Positions 36,431-49,100 of a stretch of DNA of 64,000 nucleotides are shown here, piece by piece. The stretch comes from Octopus bimaculoides (Eukaryota), in the NCBI RefSeq assembly GCF_001194135.2, contig NC_068992.1, forward strand, positions 55,845,341 through 55,909,340, in the 5' to 3' direction. Every line of letters starts with the position of its first letter. Position 1 is the first letter of the stretch. A program made the translations under genes and the position numbers. The notes under the pieces are model-generated. The model was not told the origin of the DNA, searched no databases, and was given only the letters and a program-made list of their open reading frames with translations.

Positions 36431-39400
36431 CTGTCAAAAGATAAAATATTGTTAGATGAATAAATAATAATTTGTGTGTGTGTGTGTGATTGGCACTCTG
36501 TTGGTTACGACAAGGGTTCTGATCTACAGAACTGCCGTCAAATTAATGTGTAAGTGGCTGAGCACTCCACAAACATTTGTACCCTTAACATAGTTAACAT
36601 GTGCATAAAACACACACACACACACACACACATATATACATCTGTATGCAATGGGATTCTTTCAGTTTCTGTCTAAAATTCATTTGCAAGGTTTTGGTCA
36701 GCTCAGAGCTATAAAAGAAGACACTTGCCCAAGGTGCTAATTACTACTGTTATTAAAGAGGCAAAAAAGCAGCATAAAATATTTTAGTTTCCTTTCCCTG
36801 TATGTTATGAACTGTGAAGTCATGTGAACTAGTGATTACAGTATTTAACATGTAATAGTACAGTTCATGGGTTCAATTTCTAGATCAGGTAGCATGTTGT
36901 GTCCTTGGGCAAGGCACTTCATTTCACATTGCTCCAGCATACTCAGCTGAAAATGAGATCCTCTCAGCAACAGAACTGTACTTCAACCCTTTCACTGTAA
37001 AATTAAACTTCATGATTATTCCAGTAATGGTTTTAGATATCTACCAAAACCAAAATAAAATTGGTATTTTCTGAAAGTCATGTTGCTTCAATAAACTTGA
37101 CCTGTTTCAGCAGAAAATAGTTTCAAACATGACATTCCTCGACAAAAGACAGATTGGTATATAAAACTGCTTTCCGGAGTTAAGGGTAAAGGTAATGAAA
37201 TTTTGAGGAGATATATCCGATTTCCATAGTAAAAGAGTTAACCCAAAATCATCATCAACATTTAATGCCCATTTTTCATGCTGGCATGAGATGGATGGCT
37301 TGACAGTAACTGGCAAAGCTAGGGGCCTCACCAGGTTCCATAGTCTGTTTCAGCTTGGTTTCTACAGCTGCAAGCCCTTCCCAACACCAACCACTTTACA
37401 GAGTGTACTGGGTGCTTTTCACATGGCACCATTATGAATGCTTTTTACATGACACCAGCACCAGTGCTTTTTACATGGTACCAGCACCCACACCAATGCT
37501 TTTTATGCAGCACCCTGGTTCTAGGATGTGGCCATGCTGGGGCACCATCTTGAATGGTTTAGTTCATCAAATCAACACCAGTCTGGGTCTAATTCTGCTG
37601 TGATGGATGGGTCTTCTTAAGTACAGCAGTGCACCACATATCTCAGTCCTCTGTCAAAACTGATACAGCACAAAGGATGGTGGTGAAGTCTTGAAAGTAT
37701 TACAACACTGATCTCACCCATTCTAATTAAGTCATAAAATAAAATCAAATGGTAAAGAACTAACATTTACTTCTCCAAACATTGTTTCCAATCAAGGAGT
37801 TCGATACAAGGATAAAAAGAAATAATGCCCTCACCTTTTTCACGCCCCAGTAAACGTAGTGCTGCTATTTCTGCAAATGTGCATCCACCAAGGAAAAATA
37901 CCATCACTACTCTGGCAGCAGGATAATCAGAAGAACCTCTTGATTTGCCTGTAATGAAGAAGGAAAAAATAAAGACAGGACATACGGGATTAGAAGATGA
38001 AGTATCGGCAAGGTTTGGGGGATTTTTTTTTAAATTTTATTTTAGGTACAGCTAGCCATGTAGTTAAGAAGCTCGTTTTGCAACCACGTGGTTTCAGGTT
38101 CAGTCTCACTACACGGTACCTTGGGCAAGTGTCATTTATTATAGCTCCAGGATGACCAATGCCTTGTGAGTGGATTTGGTAGATGAAAACTGAGAGATCC
38201 ATAGTCTAACCTACATGCTAAATTTCTTGCTAAACTCATTTCTAACCCTCTCAACTTGCTAACAACATTTCTGGAAGTGGCTCCATGGCTACACTCAGTT
38301 TTCTTAACAAACACAAAACTACACTGCATCAGAACTGTGTGAAAGGTTATCTTCAGATCAATGGATACAAAGTATAGCTCGCTCTTTCCTAAAAACCAAC
38401 TACAACTCAAAATTCAAACAGCATCAGTGATATTCCATTACTCAAATAGAAAATTCAAACAGCATCGAAGTCTTTCTTTTACTCTCATAATCTGTTGGAC
38501 TCATCAAAGTTGGAATCAATAGGATTCGAAATCAGAATCTAGCAAGAATCCAGAATAATACCACAAACACTTTGTTTGATTGTCCAACAATTCTGCCAAT
38601 TTGCCACTTAAATATACTATGTCTAAAAATAGACATGATGGTCATAGTTGGGATGTCTTTGATCATAGGGTTGTTTGAACAGGGAAGATTTGGATTCAAC
38701 AACATAACCAAGAAGGAACTTACCTTTAGGAATAGGAGATCGTATACTACAGAATGTTTCACCAGGCAATAATTTTGTCACATCTTCCAAACCAGTGAAA
38801 CCATTTCTACTTAGAACCTGTCATTAATATAAAAGTAAATATTTACTACACAATCAGATTTCAAATATTTCAAAAGAATTATCACATATTTTGGGAAATT
38901 TTGAAAATACTGCAAATATTCTATTACGTTTTGATCAGAAATGTGTATCACACACACGCTCAGAAGATGTGAGAGGTACTGGAGGGCGCTTAATTATCAA
39001 TATATTACTCTCTTCAAACTAGGTGTCTTGCTATACAGGAGATACATTTCTTTCTCACAATCTGCAAGAATGGGTGAGAGTAGCTGGAAGGGACAGGGTG
39101 CCAGAGCATACTCACAAGGTACAAGAAGGCGAGTATAAGAGGGAATATAGTCCATGGATTATGAGGGAAGGAAAGAGTGGGTAATTTCACTAGAATGTGG
39201 AGTAGAGTGACAGATGAGTAGAAATTGGGCAAGAAATGGATGTAGCGAATGACAAAAGAAAGTGTTTGGTTGAAGCATTAGATTGTGGTACTAGAGCTAA
39301 AAGTGGATATTTTACCTACCTCCTCAACCAGCCGGCACGAGGTTGGAGTATACGCACCACTAAAAACATATGACATATCACGGGGACTTTTTAAACTGAT

Positions 39401-42400
39401 GTCTTCAGCAGATTTGGGAACCTTTAAAAGCAAAGAAAAAGAAAAAAGAAAAAACATATTGATGAGTATGGGGAGGGGGATTTGTTTTTCATATCAGGAA
39501 GGAGCAGATAATTCAGATCATCAAACAACTGAACCACCACCACCACCACCACAAGTTCCACTACCACAGCTGCTATTATCGACATCATCAGAGTGTTGAC
39601 CCTTTTACTATGAAAATCAGCTACATCCATTCAAAATTTCATTACCTTTATCTGCAGAAAGACGTTTTAGATACCAGTCTATCTTTTATCGAGACATATC
39701 AAGTTTGTTGAGGTTAAGGGACTTGCAGAAAATACCAATACTATTTTTTCTTTGTTTTTCTTTTTTTGGTAGCTATTTAACCCTTTTGTTACTGTATTTA
39801 TTTTGAGATGCTCTGTTTCTTTCAATTACTTTAAATATAACAAAGAATTTAGTAAAATAACTTAGTTATCATTCAGCGAGTGTTAGGAACATAAATTGTG
39901 CCAATAATATCAATGTAGCTGTGAGGTCTTCATCCTCTACAAGAGTGCAGGAATCTCCAAAATACAGCTTGATCTCCAGCACAACACACCTAACTATTCA
40001 ATAATGTAGTCCTAATACACCTGTTTGTTGTTCCTTCACCTGTCTCCGTCTTTTGTCTTCTGTACATTTGAACCATAGATGTATAATACAGAGTGGAGGC
40101 GCAATGGCCCAGTGGTTAGGGCAGCGGACTCACGGTCATAGGATCGCGGTTTCGATTCCCGGACAGGATGTTGTGAGTGTTTATTGAGCGAAAACACCTA
40201 AAAGCTCCACGAGGCTCCTGCAGGGGATGGTGGCGAACCCTGCTGTACTCTTCAACCATAACTTTCTCTCACTCTTACTTCCTGTTTCTGTTGTGCCTGT
40301 AATTCAAAGGGTCAGCCTTGTCACACTGTGTCACACTAAATATCCCCGAAAACTACGTTAAGGGTACACATGTCTGTGGAGTGCTCAGCCACTTGCACGT
40401 TAATTTCACGAGCAGGCTGTTCCGTTGATCGGATCAACTGGAACCCTCGACATCGTAAGCGATGGAGTGCCAACATATAATACACAGGAGAAAGCAGTGA
40501 TGGTCATGGTCAGAACACCCTTGATCATAAGTCTGTTCAGTAAAGGCTGACTGGTGGGGAGGGACAAAGAAAAAACAAATAACAACAAGAACAACATGTA
40601 CGAATGTACTTACTAGGTTGAGTTTTTTCACTAAAGCTTGGTAGCTGCTCCTCTTGGCCATTGCTGCTACTCCAGCAGCCATTTTCCCAAGGGGTTTACT
40701 CAGGGATTGCTCTTGTTCCATGAACAGATGGAGTTTGCGCAGGTTATGTAAAGTTGGCAACATATCAAAGCCATATGTCTACAAATGATAATGTAAAGGA
40801 AACTTTAACAAACAAAATTTTAATTCAAATGAAATTCTATTGTTCAGAAAAGTTCATGGTGTCACGTAACAAAAGACTATGAATTTCTTGATTATATTCC
40901 TAACAAAAAGCAAAAATTGATTCAGTAAAACAATTAACCTCTTTGTTATAAAATGCTTGGAACATAACTTGACAGAATAGTTCTTACACAAAATTATAAT
41001 GGAAGGTTTTAATATAAATATGATCAACAGGTGTGGCTGTGTGGTAAGAATCTTGCTTCTCAACCACATGGTTCCGGGTTCAGTCCCACCATGTGACACC
41101 TTGGGCAAGTGTCTTCTACTATAGCCTCAGGCTGACCTAAGCCATATGAGTGGATTTGGTAGACAGAAACTGAAAGAAGCCCGTCACATATATATATTTA
41201 TATATATATATATGTGGCCGTTGCCAGTACCACCTGACTGGCCTTCGTAGGATTTTCAAGCGAGATCATTGCCAGTACCCCTGGACTGGGTCTTGTGCGG
41301 GTGGCACATAAAATACACCATCTTGGGAGTGGCCGTTGCCAGTACCGCCTGACTGGCCTTCGTGCGGGTGACACGTAAAAGCACCCACTACACTCTCTGA
41401 GTGGTTGGCGTTAGGAAGGGCATCCAGCTGTAGAAACTCTGCCAAATCAGATTGGAGCCTGGTGTAGCCATCTGGTTCACCAGTCCTCAGTCAAATTGTC
41501 CAACCCATGCTAGCATGGAAAGTGGACGTTAAACGACGATGATGATGATGATGATGTATATCTCTATGTGTCTGTCCCTCCGTCACTGCTTGACAACTGG
41601 TGTTGGTGTGTTTATGCCCTGTAACTTAGCAGTTTGGCAAAAGAGACCAACAGAATAAGCACTAGGCTATAAAAAATAAATCCTGGGGTCGATTTATTTG
41701 ACTAAAACCCTTGAAGGTGGTGCTCCAGCATGGCAGCATTCAAATGACTGAAACAAGTAAAAGAATAAAAGAATATAAAACAGGTGGTTTTTGTGTCATA
41801 GAATTAGAGATGGCCCCAACTAAGTTAGTATTAAAAGGGCTTAAGGGGTAAACTACTAACCGCAATTTCACAAGTTCAACCCATGTTATTAGCCAATGTA
41901 TTATGGCTCTAAATAATTACTCAACACGTGTTGCTTAGAGTTTACTTCTGATGAAAGTAAAAATCTGAAAAGTAATCTTCTCTTTCTCTTTCTCCATGTC
42001 TCCACTCTTCAGAAAATGTAGGCCACTAAAATATTCTTCATCCTTTATATTTCAGCTCCCTATAGAACACAGGCAATCATTACAGGTTCCTTCATTATCT
42101 TTAGCTCCCCAATGAAATAGAGACCATCAATATATTCCTTGTTCTTTAGCTTCCCCATAAAAAACAGGCTACTAACACATTCCTTTTTTTTTGACTTTCA
42201 ACTCCCTATGGAACATAAGGCATCAGCATAATCCTCTTCCTTTACCACTCAGTTCCCCAATTCCCAATCCACGGAACGTATGACATCAACATATTCTTTG
42301 CAAGTATTCTTATTCAGAGAAATCCTTTCCAACAACTTCCAGTTCTACAGCCCAGTGCAAGAAGACACTTGCTCAAACCATGCAGTTGCAGTGAATTCCA

Positions 42401-43838
42401 AACCATGTGGATACAAAGTAAGCTTCTAAACCACAAAAAAAATAAAATAAAACAATTGAATGTGAAACGACTGCTACACCCGTATGTCACATGAGGGATT
42501 TGATCTTTAAGTCTTTTAACAGAAACGAAGAAAGCATCCGGAAACTAACATGAATAAACTGTATTGACAACTGCTTGTAGTGTTTGGAATTAATACCATC
42601 ATTTGTCAGGGAAAGTAGACAAAGAAGCCTCAGTGTCTGTTCACAGTTGAACTGAAATAAAAAGAATGATAATGGAATATTAAACAGCTGTTTCAGAGAT
42701 TTGGTAACAAACAGATGCAGCATTGGATAAAAATGAATGATAGAAGTAATCAGAATGGCATCACAAAAAATTTTTTTTTTTAATTATTATTAATTATTGT
42801 TGGGTGATCTGTGTGTCACACAGAAGACTAACTGTGGTCCATGGTGTGAAACAAGAGGTGGTTGATCTAAGGTGTGAAACAACACTGCAAACGGAGAGAT
42901 ACCGATACTTATGGCTACATGCACATACATACAGATCAAATTCTTACATCTTCTCTGACTTGAGGAAACATTATATCATTAAATAAATGCTGATACACAC
43001 CTACCTTTAGGTTGCTACTGGTTTCTATAAAAGACAGATATCTTTTATAGATAAGTTTTACTCTCACTGCCTACTTATGACATCAAACCAGATAGCTTAA
43101 TATATTTAACCCTTTAATGTTCAGATTACTCAGTCAAATGTAATGCTTTTTTATTCAAATTGTTACGATAAAGCAGTTGTATACTGTCAACTCAATGTGA
43201 CAGTCCCAATAAAGGAATCATACTGCTGCTATGTAGCCCTAGGAAGCTGGACCGCTTCCTGTTGGCCTTGACACATTTCCTGTATCCTTATATTTGCGAG
43301 GGGGAGACAAGCACTCCCACCCAGCTCAGTGTGTATTCAGGGACATGTTTCTGAGTCATTGCTCATCATCAGCCTGAAGTAGCAACACTAGCCACAAATG
43401 GCCCATCCTTGTTTTGTCCTGTCCATCTTTTTATTGTATTTCCTGTCTTCATGTCGTCTATCTGTCTGGATGTTTTATTGTTGTCTGTTGCGTTCTTGTT
43501 CCACTTTTTAGATTTATATATATCATCATTATCATCATCATCGTTTAACGTCTGCTTTCCATGCTGGCATAGGTTGGACGGTTTGACTGGGGGCTGGCAA
43601 GCCAGAAGGCTGTACCTGGCTCCAATCTGATCTGGCAAAGTTTCTACAACTGGATGCCCTTGCTAATGCCAACCACCCCCGAGAGTGCAGTGGGCGCTTT
43701 TTCCATGCTACTGGCAGAAGGGCCAGTCAGGCGGTACTGGCAACAACCACGCTCAAATGGTGCTTTTTACATGCCACCGGTACAGGAGCCAGTCAGGCAG
43801 CACTGGCAACGACCACGCTCGAATGGTGCTTTTTACAT

Positions 43839-43915
<77 letters not shown>

Positions 43916-45241
43916 TGCGCGTGTTTGTGTGTGTGTGTGTGTGTGTGTGTTCTTGTTGTGTTTGTACCCTACCACCACTTGACAACAAAAGTCGGTTTCT
44001 TTACAGTGCTGTATCTCTTCAAGACAGTGCCCCAGCATGGCCACAGTCCAATGAGAGAAGCAAGTAAAAGATGAAAGACAAAAGATTACTTCCTGTGACA
44101 AAGTAATTGGGTGCAGTGCCGACCCACCTTTCTGTTGATACACTCTTCAATAAAATTAATGTTTTCTTTTGTATCGCTACCTTCCAGCAGACCTGAAATG
44201 ACAAAAGAAATGAAGAAATGTTATTCAATCTTGAAATCCAGACAGTTTTTGATGCAATGTTAATGTTTTAAACCATTCAACATTATATTTTAAAATGAAA
44301 GGAATACATTTTAACATTGATTTTAGTATTAACTGAAGTTTTATTTTCCTGAAGCAACAGTCAGTATGTTTAACTGCTTCATGTAGGGGATGACAAATAG
44401 AGTTGATCCTGATCCCCTGATTTGTCTTAATCTATTAATGGAAGATTATATGTTACTGATGAGCCAATTAAGGTATCTATTCAGTTGCTAGACTTACTAA
44501 AAATAGCAGCCAATTCTCTTCCAAATTACACAAGTAATGATTAGATAATGTAGTCCTAGATTCACTATGTCTGAAAAACAGATAAGATGACCATAACGGA
44601 AACAACTTTGATTATAGATCTACTCAACTAGGGCATACTTAGGGCTAAACCACAACATATTGACCATGGAGAGTAAAAATAGATGTAGTGATATTTATGC
44701 CTTTCCCAAGTGCTTTTGTAATGTAAATGAAAGGGGGAAAAAACAATACAAATGAAGTGGCGATGCAACATCCATTGATCAATTGTTATTATTGCTGACA
44801 ACAAAAATATGGATTCTCATAAACATATTTCCTTTATCTATCTCTGATCAGTCACTGCACTGAATTCTATCCATAATTGACATTAAGACAATTTTATTAT
44901 CTGATCTCTTTTTCCACTAATGAAATGTCCTGTTTCTGTTTGCAGATATTATTATACCTTCCAGACAGATCTTCGAAAGACCACAGGTTAAATGTTTGAT
45001 ATAACCAAAACGTTTTAGGGAGTTGCAGTGTGGAAAACACATAGGTAAATGCAGTGTAATCTTGTCAGTGATAAGGTTGCAGTTCACATGACGAAAATTC
45101 TGACACCATTTAACAAATAACAAATGTTTAAGTGATATTTTTGAATCATTAACTTGTGTTTTCCATGCTGCAATCGTTTTAGTTTCAACACATGACCTCA
45201 GATCACATCTCTTGGGCTACATGATAAGAGGTTAGAGTATG

Positions 45242-45272
<31 letters not shown>

Positions 45273-45678
45273 CATATATATATATATATAAATATTGTGG
45301 CACTCTGTTGGTTATGACGACAAGGGTTCCAGTTGATCCAATCAACGGAACAGCTTGCTCATGAAATTAACATGCAAGTGGCTGAGCACTCCACAGACAC
45401 ATGCACCCTTAACGTAGTTCTTGGGAAGATTCAGCATGACCCAGAGAGTGACAAGGCTAGCCCTTTGAAATACAGGTACAAGAGAAGCAGGAAGAAAGAG
45501 TGAGAGAAAACTGTGGTGAAAGAGTACAGCAGGGTTCGCCACCACCTCCTGCTGGAGCCTCATGAAGCTTCAGGTGTTTTCACTCAATAAACACTCACGA
45601 CTGGTCAGGGAATCGAAACTGTGATCCTACGACCACGAGTCCGCTGCCCTAACCACTGGGCCATTGCTCCTCCACATG

Positions 45679-45710
<32 letters not shown>

Positions 45711-46130
45711 NNNNNNNNNNNNNNNNNNNNNNNNNNNNNNNNNNNNNNNNNNNNNNNNNNNNNNNNNNNNNNNNNNNNNNNNNNNNNNNNNNNNNNNNNN
45801 NNNNNNNNNNNNNNNNNNNNNNNNNNNNNNNNNNNNNNNNNNNNNNNNNNNNNNNNNNNNNNNNNNNNNNNNNNNNNNNNNNNNNNNNNNNNNNNNNNNN
45901 NNNNNNNNNNNNNNNNNNNNNNNNNNNNNNNNNNNNNNNNNNNNNNNNNNNNNNNNNNNNNNNNNNNNNNNNNNNNNNNNNNNNNNNNNNNNNNNNNNNN
46001 NNNNNNNNNTTGGCAAACAGGACACAGTCGTGTGTCGATAAGCCAGCTGGAGGAGATGTCCTCCTGGGGCTAAAAGCAACAGTAACATCCACCCCTAGGG
46101 GTCAGCCACACTTAAGTGGCAATATACTAC

Positions 46131-46161
<31 letters not shown>

Positions 46162-49100
46162 GACATTTTACTTCTTTCAATGACAACAATTTCACCTGAT
46201 GCTGAAAAACTATCAAACAGCAAGCAGAAACTCATGTCCCATTGATGTGCGCAACTAAGTAATGTCTTTTTTTTTATATAATTTTAATATTAAAGAAAAT
46301 TTTCTATTGACTTTTCCTTGGGGAAGGAACTAACGAGGGGGTCATCAAATTCCATGTATCAATAGATATGAAGTTGTGACATAACTTTTACTGATGGATA
46401 TGAAAACTGTACCTGCAGGAGAAATGAAAAAAGTATTGTGAAAGTAGAAAATATCAATTCTAGTATTTTGATGGATAATTAACATCATTACAGTAATGGC
46501 CATGAAATTAAATTATGCAGTCAAATGGTTAAAGGAATAAATGTTTAATAAAAACCTCTCACTATGTTCAGTTTGCATGATTTCCTCAAAGTTTTCAAAA
46601 CTTTTCGTCTTTCTCGCCATGACAACTTCACATGCTCCAATATCTGAAAAATGAAAAGCAAACATAGGCCATACTCAATGCAGATCTGAGATTCCCATCG
46701 GCAGGCTGCTGATATCGAATAAAAATGTTACACACTTATGGTATGCAATTTAGTTGCTCCAGTTTTCTGTAGCTACTGGATTTGTTGAATAAACAAACAG
46801 ATTGGCTGCTTATCTCTCTGATATTGGTCAAATTATGTAAATATCTCTGATGAGAACTCAATAAGGTTTGAAAATCGATTTAGGCTGTCCATCATTTTGT
46901 TTCAATCTATAGGGAAATAGTTAAATTTGACCAGTTTGTATGTGTACTGCACAGGTTTAAATATACTTAATTACAACACAAACTCAATAGTTTCTCTATA
47001 TTCAACTGCATGTATGTGTGTGTTTGCGTCTCTCTCTACATATATCCATGTAAGCAGACACAGTGAATACCAAAATGCCAATTAGTTGCTTGTCAAGAAC
47101 AAAGACAGGTTTCAATTATGAACTGAAAGGATGGCATCTGCATTCGCAACATGTAGCAATCCACAACAATGAGTGACAGTCTATAACATGAGGCAGTCCA
47201 CCACATGTGTCTCTTCGCTACATGTGACAGTCCATTACAATATGTAACAGTTCACTACATGTTAAAGTTCACTATGTGTGACAGCCCAATACTACAAATG
47301 AAACTCCACTACAACATGTGACTGCAAACAAAGAAGCGATAGATCACTACATGTACCAGTCTAGTAGCATATACAACATCAAACAGAACATGTGACATCT
47401 CAGTACATGTGACAGCCCACTACACTCTCTGACAATCTAGTCAGTATACCACAAGACAGACGCATACTTACGATATGCAAGCGTTTTGTGCCGATGACTC
47501 AGGTCCTTGAGTTCATTTGATACAAAATTCTTCATGGCACCAACCGTGGTCAGAGAATGTCTTTTCTGAAATGAAAACATTGGAATAATTAACCATTAAC
47601 TATTTTTTTCTTTTTCACAAATCACATTACAATATATTGGCCATAATCTAGCTATTCCTCTGACAAAAATACTGAGTGGGGCCTTCTTTTTTTTTTTTTT
47701 TTTTTTCTATGAATTAGTTAACCCTTTAGCATTTAAACCGGCCATATCCAGCCAAAATATTCTCTCTGCTTTATGTTCAAAGTGGCTGGATCCAGCCTCT
47801 CACATCAACCCTACAATGTTAGTCTAAAAAATATACAGTCACTTAATCAAAATCTCAAAGCTACAAGATAATGCAGGATAAACTCAAAAACAATGTGAAT
47901 AAATAAACATTACATTTCACAGAATAATCAGAATGCTAAAGGGTGAAACCAGCTATATCCAACCCAAACATTCTACCTATTTTATGTTCAAACCCACCAA
48001 ATCCAGCCTCTCATACCTACCCTACAATGTCTTTCTAAAAATAAACAGTCGCATCATCAAAGTTTTAAAGCTATGAGACAATGCATGGTTAATTCAAGAA
48101 AATATTTGACAGTAATATGAATGCTAAAGGGTTAAAGAAGAAAGACAGAATCTACAAACTTTTGCAGGATATTCCAAGGCAGAAAAGAGATGAGGTACCC
48201 CTAGATTCATGAACCAGGTGGTGGTGTTAAACTATGTAATGTATTAAATCTACTTCCCCCAAAAAACAGATACAGTCCATCCAACAGGCTTCCACATAGT
48301 TTTTGGTCTATTCGAATTCACTCTATAAGGCTTGGACTGACACTGAGTCAATGGTAGAAGACAACTGCACAAAGTGACATGCAGTGAGATTGAAACTGAA
48401 ACCATGTGACTGTGGAGCAAACTCCTTAACCATCATCATCATCATCATTGTTTAATGTCCATTTTCCAGCTTGACATGGGTTGGATAGTTTGACAGGAAA
48501 CAAACAACATTACCTGTATGATGGTGACACTTGTTTACAACTGATGTGCAATGACACAGCAGAGAGACTAACACACACAACACATGCATACATACATGTG
48601 TGTGTGTATGAGTGTGAGAGAGAAAGAGAGAGAGAGAGAGAGATCATCTTTCAGTTTCTGTCTACCAAATCTACTCACAAAGTTTTGGTTGTCCCAGGGC
48701 TATAATAGAAGATACTTGCTCAAGGTGCCACACAAGAAAAGCGTGATAAGTATTCTCAAGTAGTTGCTGTTGTTTATTCCCAAGTCAGTTCTATATATCT
48801 ATACTGTCTTTTTAAAGGAATCAATGGCTTACATTATCTAACATATCCTTTTCATATGAAGACAGTGGGGTGTGTGTGATCTGAGGAAGATTTGGCTGCT
48901 ATTTCTACCAGATTAAACAACTGAGTAGAAATCCCCTCCAAATCATCAAATTTCTTGGTACTTACACAAAATGATGAAACAAATACTGATTTTCGATAAT
49001 AATAATAATGAACTTATTGCATACAGCGCTCATTGCATACACGTGCAGAATTAAATTTGTAAAATTGAATGACTTAAAATGTATAGAATTAAATGATTTC

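Noticed and set aside
39640-39660. Apparent 6-nt microexon (ctgcag|ATAAAG|gtaatg) on minus in VPS33B intron 15
   Set aside because: The donor-like gtaatgaaattttg is part of a dispersed repeat also seen at 7505-7625 and 37105-37220, and exons 15 and 16 already join in a conserved frame
40095-40170. tRNA-like sequences at SINE heads
   Set aside because: They run into SINE bodies and lack a complete cloverleaf; no true tRNA gene called
43006-43025. Possible 20-nt exon (ttttatag|...AAG|gtaggt) on minus in intron 13
   Set aside because: It would frameshift VPS33B, and exons 13 and 14 join colinearly without it
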